Shown here: positions 28,825 to 38,162 of the stretch, piece after piece | Layout: each line of letters begins with the position of its first letter | Numbering within the stretch: position 1 is the stretch's first letter | Assembly: GCA_035627595.1 (NCBI GenBank) | Contig: DASPLK010000001.1 | Span: forward strand, 5,619 to 69,618 | Reading direction: 5' to 3' | Source: Minisyncoccota bacterium | GTDB taxonomy: Bacteria > Patescibacteriota > Minisyncoccia > Phycocordibacterales > Phycocordibacteraceae | Length of the DNA stretch: 64,000 nucleotides | Position numbers and translations under genes: made by a program | Notes under the pieces: model-generated | The model's input: the letters and a program-made list of their open reading frames with translations, nothing else | The model's database searches: none | Told to the model about the DNA's origin: nothing

Positions 28825-29232
28825 TCCGCCCCGCTCCGGTGTGCCGAGCGTATCAACCTCCTTCAGAGTGAACCGGTCGTACGGCATGACGACCATCTGC
28901 GCGACACGGTCGCCGCGCGAGACAAGCACCGGCTCGTCGGTAAAGTTGTAGAGAATAGCGCGGTACTCGTCCGCATCACCGGCATAATCCTCGTCCATAA
29001 TTCCGACACCGTTTGCGAACATGAGGCCACGCTTATGCAGCGAACTTCGAGCGGCAAGGAGTACGAAATGCCCCTTCGGTAACTTAAGTGCGAAGTTAAG
29101 AAATGCGTAGCCTATGCTCTTTGGTGCGATGGTAACGTCCTCGCGCACGTAGCAATCAAGCGCGGTCGCCCCTTCCGTTCCATACGACGGCATTGGCAGA
29201 TCCTTATCGATGCGCCGGATCTCTATATCCAT
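28804..29232 (-). CDS. dut: dUTP diphosphatase
   Basis: ARSSL, GIMDEDY, GDRVAQ, RGGLGTTG. Confidence 0.95.
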   Translation of the reverse strand: MDIEIRRIDKDLPMPSYGTEGATALDCYVREDVTIAPKSIGYAFLNFALKLPKGHFVLLAARSSLHKRGLMFANGVGIMDEDYAGDADEYRAILYNFTDEPVLVSRGDRVAQMVVMPYDRFTLKEVDTLGTPERGGLGTTGL

Positions 29233-29234
29233 AC

Positions 29235-29921
29235 CTACGCAGCAAGCTTCCTGACGAGCTCGTACACCTCCTCGTGTATATCTTCCGGCGCGCGCATGGA
29301 ATCCCCCTCCATGCATTCGATGAGGTGCCAGTGCTCCTCGCTTGCGGCAAGCGCGCGGGCGGATGCGTGGCTACGCTCGAGGTACCGCCTATCCTCTTCG
29401 ACTGTATCTCGATCGCCCGTAAGCGTGTGGTTCTTGACCGAACGCTTCTCCTGCAAAAGCCTAAGCGATATCTCGACCGGCACATCAAGATAGATGACTG
29501 CATCCGGTACCGGCACCCCGAGGACGCCGTGCTCCATCTCCTTAAGCCAAGACAGGAAGAGTATGCGGTCCTCCTCATCCTCTATCTTCCCTGCCTGATG
29601 GATCATGTTGGCGCTCGTGAAGCGGTCGGAGATAACGATCTTCCCTTCCAATAGCCACTGCCGTATCTGCGGCGACGCCTCCTGGCGGTCGAGTGCATAC
29701 GGGAGCGACGCAAGCTTTGGGTCGAGGTTCACGAAGTCGCCGTGTTCTCCGGCAAGGCACTCGGCAAGAAGTTTTCCGAAAAATTGGTCCTGGTATCGCG
29801 GGAAGTCTATCTTCTCGGATGCGATGCCTTCATTGCCAAGACGTTCTGCCAGCATCTTTGCCTGGGTTGCCTTCCCGGACCCGTCGTTCCCGTCGAGCAC
29901 GATGAATCGTCCGTTATGCAT
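29235..29921 (-). CDS. tmk: thymidylate kinase
   Basis: FIVLDGNDGSGKATQ, FPRY, SDRF, PDAVIYLDVP. Confidence 0.95.
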   Translation of the reverse strand: MHNGRFIVLDGNDGSGKATQAKMLAERLGNEGIASEKIDFPRYQDQFFGKLLAECLAGEHGDFVNLDPKLASLPYALDRQEASPQIRQWLLEGKIVISDRFTSANMIHQAGKIEDEEDRILFLSWLKEMEHGVLGVPVPDAVIYLDVPVEISLRLLQEKRSVKNHTLTGDRDTVEEDRRYLERSHASARALAASEEHWHLIECMEGDSMRAPEDIHEEVYELVRKLAA

Positions 29922-30399
29922 ATGTGCCGAGGATATTATCCGGATGCGACTTATTAAAGAGGCGCTCACTTCCCTCCATGAGATATACGCGCGCTATACC
30001 AGCATCTAATATTGCGCTCCAACAGGGTTCGCACGCCCACCAGTGTCCCCAGAGGTATAAATCAGCACCATCAACTGAATCCAACTTAGAAAGTGCGGCT
30101 CTGATAGCGCGCACTTCGCTATGGTTCTTAGGATGGCAGCCTTCGCAGAGCTCATACCCTTCCCCTGTCGGAACATTGCGCTTCACGCGCTCGCACTCCT
30201 GCTTCTTATGAAAATCGCTTCCATTTGCCCCCTCTCCGACAACAACACCATCAACGACAACTACCGATCCCGTCTTCACCGCATCATCCATAGAGTGTGC
30301 GAGCGCATAGTTTCGAGCCGCTGCCATGAATGGGTTCCCTTCCTCTACATAGAGGAAGCTGCGCCCTTCCGGCAGATAGGGGTATGAGATGGGTCCCAT
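29914..30399 (-). CDS. zinc-dependent deaminase, probable dCMP deaminase
   Basis: HSE...CEPC motif, CER...GEGYELC segment, and location in a dTMP cluster. Confidence 0.8.
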   Translation of the reverse strand: MGPISYPYLPEGRSFLYVEEGNPFMAAARNYALAHSMDDAVKTGSVVVVDGVVVGEGANGSDFHKKQECERVKRNVPTGEGYELCEGCHPKNHSEVRAIRAALSKLDSVDGADLYLWGHWWACEPCWSAILDAGIARVYLMEGSERLFNKSHPDNILGTYA

Positions 30400-30459
30400 T
30401 GCTCACTAGTGTAGCGCATCTGAAGGTGTGTATAAGACCCCTTTTACCAGGCGCGTATA

Positions 30460-31305
30460 ATGGCTCTCATGGCCCGCTTCGACACCCTCTATCAGGAAAT
30501 GCTTCAGAAGATCCTTACCGAAGGCACCAGGGAGCTTTCAGAGCGCACTGGGCACGAGACTACCGCCATCCCCGGCCTCCACTTCTCCATTGATATTGAA
30601 AAGGAAGGCTTCCCGCTCCTTACCCTCCGAAAGATACCGATTCCAATGTTCGTCGCCGAGCAGATCTGGTTCATCGCAGGCCTTCGGAAGCCCGCGGATT
30701 TCTTGCGCGACTACACCAAAATCTGGGACGGGTTCACAAACCCTAACGACGTCGTCACGGTCGCGTATGGATACCGCTGGAGACGGCACTTCGGCCGTGA
30801 TCAGCTAAAACTCCTCATTGAGCTTTTGAAGAAGGAGCCGTCCTCCCGACACGGGGTCATCGTTACCTGGGATCCGGCAAGCGACGGTCTTTCACTCTTC
30901 AAGAAGAAGAACGTTCCCTGCCCCTACTCTTTCACTGTGAACATCATCGGCGGCCGGCTACACCTACACAACATCGTGCGTTCGAATGACATGTACCTCG
31001 GCTTCCCTGCAGATGTTGCCGGGTTCGCTCTCCTGCAGTGCATCCTCGCGCAGAAGCTCGGCGTCACGCCTGGTGTGTACTCGCATTCAATCTCCAACGC
31101 GCACCTATATGACAATCAGTATGACGCAGTAAAAGAACTGATCTCTCGCAAGGACGAGCACCCGGCGATACATCTCACGCTTCCTAAAAATGCGTACGAC
31201 CGTGCGGAGAAGAAGGATCGCACCTTGGTTGAAGAGATGGTTGCCGACATAACGAGCAAGTATTCCCCGCAGCCTGCAATTTCTGGCGTAAAGGTTATTC
31301 TGTAG
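30460..31305 (+). CDS. thyA: thymidylate synthase ThyA
   Basis: FPLLTLRK, YGYRWR, SSR, VPCP, RSNDMYLG, AHLY. Confidence 0.95.
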   Translation: MALMARFDTLYQEMLQKILTEGTRELSERTGHETTAIPGLHFSIDIEKEGFPLLTLRKIPIPMFVAEQIWFIAGLRKPADFLRDYTKIWDGFTNPNDVVTVAYGYRWRRHFGRDQLKLLIELLKKEPSSRHGVIVTWDPASDGLSLFKKKNVPCPYSFTVNIIGGRLHLHNIVRSNDMYLGFPADVAGFALLQCILAQKLGVTPGVYSHSISNAHLYDNQYDAVKELISRKDEHPAIHLTLPKNAYDRAEKKDRTLVEEMVADITSKYSPQPAISGVKVIL

Positions 31306-31307
31306 CT

Positions 31308-31940
31308 ATGGCAATCCTCACGAAGACCGACATCTTGGAACGCGTCGCATCCGGCGAACTAGCGTTCACGCCGAATCTAGACGCGTTCCAGCTCCAGAGC
31401 CACGCGGTGGACTTGCGGCTTGGATTTACCTTTCTCATGCCCAAAGCGTGGCGCTTGACCGACAACGGCCGCGAGGCGGTTGATATCGATCCACTGAAGG
31501 ATCACGGCCCAGAATACTTCGATATCATCGAACTTGAGCAGGGCCAGTATTTTGAACTCCTTCCAGGAGAATATGTGCTCGTTTCTTCACTTGAGTCCCT
31601 GAAAGTGCCAAATGACATCATGGCAGTGCTCTATCCCCGCTCCTCGATTAACCGCAAAGGTCTCTCGGTCGACCTCACGGGCATTATTGATTCAGGATAC
31701 GAAGGTCCCTTGACCCTCCCCGTCAGGAATAACACTCGCTCCACCGTCCGCATCCACCCGGGCGAGCGCTTCTGCCAGGTCGTGTTCGAAGAACTCACCG
31801 CTCCCATCGAAGATCCGCGCAAGAGTCGCTGGCATCAGAAAGATGTCGTCGAGAAGGGCCCGAAGGAGAAGTCGGTAGAAATGAAACTCGTCTTTGAGGG
31901 CGACATCCGCAAACTGAAGCAGGACCATCCTGCTTCCTGA
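31308..31940 (+). CDS. dcd: dCTP deaminase
   Basis: VDLRLG, PRSSINRKG, IDSGYEG, PGERFCQ. Confidence 0.93.
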   Translation: MAILTKTDILERVASGELAFTPNLDAFQLQSHAVDLRLGFTFLMPKAWRLTDNGREAVDIDPLKDHGPEYFDIIELEQGQYFELLPGEYVLVSSLESLKVPNDIMAVLYPRSSINRKGLSVDLTGIIDSGYEGPLTLPVRNNTRSTVRIHPGERFCQVVFEELTAPIEDPRKSRWHQKDVVEKGPKEKSVEMKLVFEGDIRKLKQDHPAS

Positions 31941-31945
31941 CACCC

Positions 31946-32386
31946 ATGGAGGAGCTTCAGAAACTCCTCGCCCCCTACCGTGCATTCATAACGTACACGC
32001 CGCTGCGCACCGAGGTTTATGCGCATGCGCTTTTTGATACGGATGGTGCGGTTATGTACCTTATAGAGCCGCGCGCTTCTCTTGATCCTAAGGAAGAGGC
32101 GCTTGCGGCTATGAAGACTGCGGGAGATCTACCCACTGCGATACTCGTGCCGGGACGCAGATTCGATGCTTCCGGCACGCGGCACGGCCAGGGCGGCGGC
32201 TGGTACGACCGGTTCCTTGCTCGGGTGCCGAGCGAGTGGCTGCGGGTAGGATTCTGCTTTGACGATCAGTTCTCCCTAGTCCCGCTTGTACGGAACGCGT
32301 GGGACCAGCCTGTGGACTACATATGCGTCATAGATCGGAAATCAGGAGGTATGAAGATATACGCCTCTGGTAGACTGGTCGCATGA
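31946..32386 (+). CDS. 5-formyltetrahydrofolate cyclo-ligase (short)
   Basis: LVPGRRFD..G.RHGQGGGWYDRFL, WDQPVD. Confidence 0.88.
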   Translation: MEELQKLLAPYRAFITYTPLRTEVYAHALFDTDGAVMYLIEPRASLDPKEEALAAMKTAGDLPTAILVPGRRFDASGTRHGQGGGWYDRFLARVPSEWLRVGFCFDDQFSLVPLVRNAWDQPVDYICVIDRKSGGMKIYASGRLVA

Positions 32387-32904
32387 AGCCTCGCGTCTCA
32401 GCTATCGTCGCCATCGGCGACGATCTCGTAATCGGAAAAGGCAACGGGTTGCTCTGGCATATTCCAGACGACCTAAAGCGCTTCAAAGAGCTCACGCTCG
32501 GGCATCCGGTCGTGATGGGGCGCAAAACTTTTGATTCCATCCTCGCCATCCTCGGCAAGCCGTTGCCGGGGCGTACCAGTATCGTTATTACGCGCGACGC
32601 TGAGTGGTCGCATGACGGCGCGATCGTAGCCCATTCCCTACAGGAAGCACTCAAGAAAGCTAGCGCGCTTGATCAAGAGGAAGTGTTTGTGATTGGTGGC
32701 GGACAAATATATAAAGAAGCATTCGATCAGCTCGACCGCATCTATCTCACTCGCATCTTCGATGCTAAGGAAGGCGACACTTTCTTCCCTCCCTACGAGC
32801 ACGTATTCACTGAAAAGCTGTTTGAGGAGCAGCGCACGTGGAATGACATCACGTACTGCTGGATTGATCTCGACCGCCCTGCTGCCACGGAAGATCCTTC
32901 ATAA
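32383..32904 (+). CDS. folA: dihydrofolate reductase
   Basis: IGKGNGLLWHIPDDLKRFK, MGRKTF, PLPGR, IGGGQIY, GDTFFP. Confidence 0.97.
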   Translation: MKPRVSAIVAIGDDLVIGKGNGLLWHIPDDLKRFKELTLGHPVVMGRKTFDSILAILGKPLPGRTSIVITRDAEWSHDGAIVAHSLQEALKKASALDQEEVFVIGGGQIYKEAFDQLDRIYLTRIFDAKEGDTFFPPYEHVFTEKLFEEQRTWNDITYCWIDLDRPAATEDPS

Positions 32905-33604
32905 AAGGCGCGAATATATCTTCCTCTACGGGGAATGTGAATGAGTTCCCTTCCGACCTCTTTCCGATCTGTGTAGTAGATACGTATGGCGCATTCTTGA
33001 TACGCACAAGCGGCGTGCCTTCATTCGCCTCACCCATGACTAACACCGCTGCGGCAGCTAATGAGTCTGGCAGGTTCGTCTGACTGCCGGAAGTCGCGGC
33101 GCCAGTTAGATCATGTCGCATACGGTTGTCATAGATAGGTTCGAACCCCGCCCAAGCGACCGCCATGCCAACAACACCGCGTCTAAGAAACACACTGCGG
33201 GAGTCTGTAAGGACGAGATAGAGGTGCTCTTTTTGGTACGTCTCCTTAAACCAGGTAAGGAGTCTGTCGGCGCTCCTTTGCGGATCCTCGGGCCAGAGCA
33301 CGTAGTAATCACCAAACGGGTCGATACCCGCGTTTGGTATGAGCGTGCCGTTTGTAATGGTATGCATTACAAACCCACCGGGAGTGTGTTCGCGAGCAAG
33401 ATAGGCACCCGCCTCCGCGGCGACAAGCGCATCAACATCAGTACCCTCTTTTAAGACACATCTCCCCTCGCCTATAGCGACTACCTTTGAGGAGATAACA
33501 ATGACGTCATGCTCTTCGAGAGTAAGCGAGGAAGCTTTGATCTTCGCGTATAGGTCGTCCTTTGGTGGGACGAGCGTATCAATATGTATGGGGGTAATTT
33601 CCAT
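32849..33604 (-). CDS. CofE-like gamma-glutamyl ligase (putative alternative folylpolyglutamate synthase)
   Basis: DVIVISSKVVA, NAGID, LWPEDP, TDSRS..LRRG, AAAAVLVMGEANEGTP; convergent with folA. Confidence 0.85.
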   Translation of the reverse strand: MEITPIHIDTLVPPKDDLYAKIKASSLTLEEHDVIVISSKVVAIGEGRCVLKEGTDVDALVAAEAGAYLAREHTPGGFVMHTITNGTLIPNAGIDPFGDYYVLWPEDPQRSADRLLTWFKETYQKEHLYLVLTDSRSVFLRRGVVGMAVAWAGFEPIYDNRMRHDLTGAATSGSQTNLPDSLAAAAVLVMGEANEGTPLVRIKNAPYVSTTQIGKRSEGNSFTFPVEEDIFAPFMKDLPWQQGGRDQSSST

Positions 33605-33677
33605 CTGCGTATTCTACCTAAAATGCAAAACCCCCGCCGTTTCCGGCAGGGGTTCGCAACGATACTGGTGAAGTGGA

Positions 33678-34322
33678 TCAGGCAGCGATCGCAGCGGCCG
33701 CGAGGTGTCCCATGATGACGGGACGCGCCTGAGGCCAGCCGCGGACGATCTCGATCTTGCGCGCCGGAGCGGGCTTGATTACGTCGCAGCCGATGCCGCC
33801 AGGTTCCGGAAGCAGGAACACGAGCAGAACACCCTTGCGGCCGCGCAGCTGGTACAGATGCGAGACCTTGGTGTCGACGACTACGTCGCATTCTTCGAGA
33901 TGGCTCAGGACCGTCCTGCCGCTGTTGCGGACGAACTCCAGCCTGATGTCCTTCGGGAAGTTGTTCTGCCGCCACCAGGAAAGCACGTACGGCTCCGAAG
34001 TGGCCCGGAAATTTACCACCGGGACGACGTCGTGTCCGTTCGCCTTCAGCATCTGGACCATGTTCACGGCGCCCGGAACGGGCTGTCGTGCGTACTGGAA
34101 CAGCTTGCCGTTCTCGAAAAGCTCGCACTTCGACTCCTCGTAGAGCTCGGCGGTATACTCCCTTCCTCGCCCCCCGTTGGCGCCCGGATACGTGTGTCCG
34201 ATGGACGCCTTCCCCCCGAATTGCCCCGGGGGGATCAGCATGCCGCCGCGCTCGCACGCATATGCATGGAGTGCACGGTCGACCTGGATAAGGCCGGTGA
34301 CGCTGATCCCGATTTTCGCCAT
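33678..34322 (-). CDS. degenerate HAD/5'-nucleotidase (NT5C)-like hypothetical protein
   Basis: KIGISVTGLI (cf. IGIDxDG), PVPGAVNMVQMLKANGHDV, DVVVDTK (cf. DD); SD AAGGA; high GC3. Confidence 0.55.
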   Translation of the reverse strand: MAKIGISVTGLIQVDRALHAYACERGGMLIPPGQFGGKASIGHTYPGANGGRGREYTAELYEESKCELFENGKLFQYARQPVPGAVNMVQMLKANGHDVVPVVNFRATSEPYVLSWWRQNNFPKDIRLEFVRNSGRTVLSHLEECDVVVDTKVSHLYQLRGRKGVLLVFLLPEPGGIGCDVIKPAPARKIEIVRGWPQARPVIMGHLAAAAIAA

Positions 34323-34411
34323 TTCTTTTCCTTCACACTATGTTGCAGAAAGGTACGTTATGGCGCATGAACGCCATAACGGTCGAGTCTATCCTATTGC
34401 TTCATAAACGC

Positions 34412-34443
34412 AACAAGCCGCACCAATTTGGTGCGGCTTGTTT
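34412..34443. terminator. terminator after rplK
   Basis: AACAAGCCGCACCA-ATT-TGGTGCGGCTTGTT. Confidence 0.8.
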
Positions 34444-34457
34444 AAGGGAGTGCGTCC

Positions 34458-34877
34458 TTACTTCACCTCGACGCCCATGGAGCGCGCGGTGCCCTCGACG
34501 ATGCGCTCTGCAGCCTCGATGGAACCTGCATTGAGATCCGGCATCTTGGTCTCAGCGATCTCACGAACCTGCTCGCGGGTGAGCGTACCTGCCTTCTTGA
34601 GTGGGGTCTTGCCTGAACCCTTCTCGGCGCCGACGGCCTTAAGGATAAGGCGGGACATCGGGGAAACCTTGAGGATGAAGGAGAACGTACGGTCATCGTA
34701 TACGGTGAGATCCACCGGAACGATCTGGCCCATACGATCCTTGGTAGCCTCGTTGAACTTGTTCACGAAGTCGCCGATGTTGACGCCTGCGGGACCAAGG
34801 ACGGTACCAACCGGCGGAGCAGGCGTAGCCTTTCCTGCCGGAATCTGGAGCTTGATAACTTTTACTGCTTTAGCCAT
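34458..34877 (-). CDS. rplK: 50S ribosomal protein uL11
   Basis: [26 protein letters not shown]. Confidence 0.99.
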   Translation of the reverse strand: MAKAVKVIKLQIPAGKATPAPPVGTVLGPAGVNIGDFVNKFNEATKDRMGQIVPVDLTVYDDRTFSFILKVSPMSRLILKAVGAEKGSGKTPLKKAGTLTREQVREIAETKMPDLNAGSIEAAERIVEGTARSMGVEVK

Positions 34878-34901
34878 ACGAAATTGTTAGGTGACTGTAC
34901 C

Positions 34902-35474
34902 TTAGAGCTTCCTTACCTGCAAGAAGTCGAGCTCGACCGGGGTTTCGCGGCCGAACATGGCCACAAGGACCTTGACCTTGCCGCGCTCCTCGTCGATCTC
35001 CCCCACCTTGCCCTCAAGATCCTTGAACGGACCGTCAGCGATGACAACCGGATCGTCCTTCATAAGGTCGATACGGTGCTTTGGTGCTTCGGCGCCCATA
35101 CGCTTCATGAGGGTGTCCACCTCCTTCTGCTCCATGGGAACCGGGGTTGTGCCGGAGCCGACGAAGCCGGTGACGCGCGGCGTGTTGCGAACGACAAACC
35201 AAGAGTCCTCGTCGACAATCATGCGGACCAAGATGTAGCCCGGATAGATCTTCTCTTCCTCGACGATGCGCTTACCGCCCTTCACACGGATCTTCTTTTC
35301 GGTCGGAACGACCACTTCGAAGATCTTATTCTCCATGCCGAGCGACTCGATGCGCTGCTTCAAGTTCCTCTCGACCGCGTTCTCATACCCTGCGTAGGTA
35401 TGGATCGTATACCAGCGTGGTTCGCTGCTTATTGCGTCATCAGAGAATTCCGGTGCAGATCGCATCTTGTCCAT
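34902..35474 (-). CDS. nusG: transcription termination/antitermination factor NusG
   Basis: WYTIHTYAGYE, YPGYILV, KOW motif, MFGRETPVEL. Confidence 0.98.
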   Translation of the reverse strand: MDKMRSAPEFSDDAISSEPRWYTIHTYAGYENAVERNLKQRIESLGMENKIFEVVVPTEKKIRVKGGKRIVEEEKIYPGYILVRMIVDEDSWFVVRNTPRVTGFVGSGTTPVPMEQKEVDTLMKRMGAEAPKHRIDLMKDDPVVIADGPFKDLEGKVGEIDEERGKVKVLVAMFGRETPVELDFLQVRKL

Positions 35475-35485
35475 AGAATTGGATA

Positions 35486-35671
35486 CTAGCGGCTAATGAG
35501 GTACGCGATACCCTGTGTGAACACGTAATCGAGCGCGGCGATAAGCGCCACGCCGAATGCGCAGATCAGAAGGATAAGGATGACGTGGGTCGTCGCCTGC
35601 TTCTGGGTTGGCCAGACAACATGCTTCAACTCCGCGCGTACGTTCTTCAGGTAGGTGGTAAGTCCCTGCAT
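35486..35671 (-). CDS. secE: preprotein translocase SecE
   Basis: ELKHVVWPT plus one TM, immediately upstream of nusG. Confidence 0.93.
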   Translation of the reverse strand: MQGLTTYLKNVRAELKHVVWPTQKQATTHVILILLICAFGVALIAALDYVFTQGIAYLISR

Positions 35672-35746
35672 AGTGGTTCTAAATAAAAAAGCCCCGCGGG
35701 CCTTTATGTATTAAATGATACTACTCCCCTTCCATAGCGTCAATAA

Positions 35747-35780
35747 AGAGAAAAAGCCCGCAATTGCGGGCTTTTTCTCT
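35747..35780. terminator. intrinsic terminator
   Basis: AGAGAAAAAGCCCGC-AATT-GCGGGCTTTTTCTCT. Confidence 0.85.
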
Positions 35781-35793
35781 TAAAGCAAGAGTG

Positions 35794-36564
35794 CTAACGG
35801 ATCTCGTACGTAATCGAGATGTTTGCCGTGTACTCATTCTGCCCCACAGGAAGGGTCGGTGCATTTGCTGCCTTCATGTCCATTTCCATGGATTCGCCAT
35901 AGCCGTAAGGTATCGGCTGCTGGCTATTGTCATAGAAGGAGACAACCTTACCGAGCCTGACGCCGAGCTGATCCGCGAGACGGTCAGCTTCAGCGCGAGC
36001 TTTCTCGATAGCCTCCTCACGCGCTTCACCGCGAACCTCATCCGGATTATCGAGCGTAAACTCCGGACCGTTGATGTTCTGCACGCCGATCTCACCAAGT
36101 TTTCCAAGGACTTCGCTCGCCATGTCGGTCGCGCGGATCTTCACCTCGACCGTTTGAGATACCTGGTATCCCGAGATGGTTGGTGCGCAGGTGCGACCCA
36201 TCGGGCAGGTACGCGGATAGTCGTACTGCGGGGAGACGTTGTAGGAAACGGTGCGGATATCATCCTCATCGATCTCAAGCTCCTCGAGTGCTGCGAGCGC
36301 AGCGTCATTCTTTGCAGTTGCTGCTTCCTGCGCGGCTTCAACATTCTGGTTAGTCTCTGTCACGGTGTAGGTCACGCGTGCGATGTCCGGCACAGCTGCT
36401 GCCCTGCCCTCACCCTGAACCGTGATGGTGTTCATCATCGGTGCGTTTGTACGGCCAAGCTCATCAAATATATCGATCGTCTTCACTAGGAGGAAGATTG
36501 AAAGAAGGACCAGCACGCCGATGAGTGCGTAGCGGGTCAGCTTGTTGTTCATGAGTTCCTGCAT
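35794..36564 (-). CDS. SIMPL (DUF541) domain protein
   Basis: TITVQGEG...PDIA, AREEAIEKARAEA..LA..LGV.LG. Confidence 0.9.
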   Translation of the reverse strand: MQELMNNKLTRYALIGVLVLLSIFLLVKTIDIFDELGRTNAPMMNTITVQGEGRAAAVPDIARVTYTVTETNQNVEAAQEAATAKNDAALAALEELEIDEDDIRTVSYNVSPQYDYPRTCPMGRTCAPTISGYQVSQTVEVKIRATDMASEVLGKLGEIGVQNINGPEFTLDNPDEVRGEAREEAIEKARAEADRLADQLGVRLGKVVSFYDNSQQPIPYGYGESMEMDMKAANAPTLPVGQNEYTANISITYEIR

Positions 36565-36572
36565 AAAATCCT

Positions 36573-37685
36573 TTATTTACTGATGTCCTTGGATGATAGC
36601 ACGCGAGCGCGAGGCACCAGGAGCCACACTGCGAGTACTGTTGCAATCGCACCCGAAAGCATGAGGCCGATAGATCCTGCGAGCGCGCGAATAATCTCAG
36701 CCGCGAACACCTCTCGATTCACGATAAAGGAGAACGGTGCGGTCGATTCAGAGAATAAGAGAAGGAGCGGCAGGGAAACTCCCGCGTATGCCAAGGGCAG
36801 TGTATTCACGACCGCGCCCATATGCTCCCTTCCCACCTTCATGGACTTCTTCCACACGCTGGCGCGAGAAAGCTCAGGGTTCGCGTCATGCAGCTCAGCG
36901 ACCGTGTGCACCTGCGATACGCTCACGTCGTTCAGGACGCCGATGATACCGACCAGGATGCCGCCAAGGAGAAGCCCGATGAGGTCGAAAGTGCCTGCGG
37001 TAGCGAAGTTGAGATATGCCGCCTCATCGGTCGCAAGTCCCGAGAGTTTCGCTGCCATGACCGATACCTGAGCAAGCACGGCTGCGACGACAAGCGCCGC
37101 GAAGCTGCCAAGGAGCGCAATCACGGTTGGGCGGTTCACGCCGTGCGTAACGAACATGCTGAGGGCAAGTATGACCACGCCGAATCCAACAGAGGTTATG
37201 ACCGGCGGAAATCCTGAAGACAGAGCCGGTACGAGACCAAATATGATGAGCGCAAAGCTAAGCGCGAGCGCGACAAGGGAGCGAACGCCTGCCATGCCTG
37301 CAACCAACACCGCCACTACCACAAAGAGCCCGAGGAGCGTCAGGAGCACGCCCGACCGGTCGGGATCCCATACCGACCATGTGTCCGGTCCGCCGAACAT
37401 GTCCGATACACGATGAAGATAGAAGCGGTCCCCTACCTCAAGCTGCGTTGGGGTCGCGTTCTCAAACGACACCTGCTCCCCTTCTCGCACGCCCTCGAGG
37501 ATACGCACGGTAATGAGTTGGTAGGTCTCAGTAATATCGGTACCCTCGACCACGCGCGAACCCGAAGACTCAACGGATTCAACGATTGCTTTGAAGGTCG
37601 TATCTGAAAATGACTCCTCCTGTGCTCCCGCACCAAACGGGACCAAAAGGAGCGTGAATACGGAGGCTAGGAGTGCGCGCTGCAT
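36573..37685 (-). CDS. YibE/F family membrane protein
   Basis: GVLNDVSVSQ, VGREHMGAVVNTL.LAYAG, EIIRALAGSIG. Confidence 0.9.
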   Translation of the reverse strand: MQRALLASVFTLLLVPFGAGAQEESFSDTTFKAIVESVESSGSRVVEGTDITETYQLITVRILEGVREGEQVSFENATPTQLEVGDRFYLHRVSDMFGGPDTWSVWDPDRSGVLLTLLGLFVVVAVLVAGMAGVRSLVALALSFALIIFGLVPALSSGFPPVITSVGFGVVILALSMFVTHGVNRPTVIALLGSFAALVVAAVLAQVSVMAAKLSGLATDEAAYLNFATAGTFDLIGLLLGGILVGIIGVLNDVSVSQVHTVAELHDANPELSRASVWKKSMKVGREHMGAVVNTLPLAYAGVSLPLLLLFSESTAPFSFIVNREVFAAEIIRALAGSIGLMLSGAIATVLAVWLLVPRARVLSSKDISK

Positions 37686-38089
37686 ACCTTACAGATGCCG
37701 AAGAACTCGAGCGCATCATCCTCTATGGAGGCGAAGCGCTTTGACTTTGCGAGGAGCTTCTCGCTGACTGAGTTTGGGAGACATACATCCACATCCTCTA
37801 TCGCACCGCATGAGCGACAGATGAGGTGATGATGGTGTGTACCGGGCGCCTCATAGAGCGAGCTGCCGCGGAGCTGTACCCTCCGCACAATGCGGGCTCG
37901 TTCGAACTCCTGAAGTCCGCGGTACACGGTCGCCTGATCAAGCACGCCACGAAGCGCGCGTACAATCGCTTCGGCGTTCTGGGGTGCACGCTGCGAGCGC
38001 AACCGCGCAAGAAGCGCGATACGCTGCGGGGTCGCGCGGATGCCTTTCGTACGCAAGTGCGCGGCAGCTGCTTCTTCCCTTTTATTCAT
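37667..38089 (-). CDS. Fur family regulator, probably Zur
   Basis: RATPQR, ATVYRGL, HHHHLICRSCG, C-terminal CKVC; divergent from a ZIP transporter. Confidence 0.9.
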   Translation of the reverse strand: MNKREEAAAAHLRTKGIRATPQRIALLARLRSQRAPQNAEAIVRALRGVLDQATVYRGLQEFERARIVRRVQLRGSSLYEAPGTHHHHLICRSCGAIEDVDVCLPNSVSEKLLAKSKRFASIEDDALEFFGICKVCSAHS

Positions 38090-38116
38090 GCCGCTAGCAT
38101 ACCATTCTTTTCCACA

Positions 38117-38131
38117 TGCGAATGACTTGCA
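38117..38131. promoter_or_regulatory. Fur/Zur-box-like palindrome
   Basis: TGCGA-ATGAC-TTGCA 15-bp imperfect palindrome in the divergent intergenic region, overlapping a likely -35. Confidence 0.55.
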
Positions 38132-38162
38132 ACTAGAATTGGCATACGATATCCTCTCTCCT

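Noticed and set aside
29914-30399. TadA tRNA deaminase or anti-phage deaminase
   Set aside because: It lacks TadA-specific motifs (EVPVGA, TLEPC), and its context with tmk, dut and thyA favours dCMP deaminase
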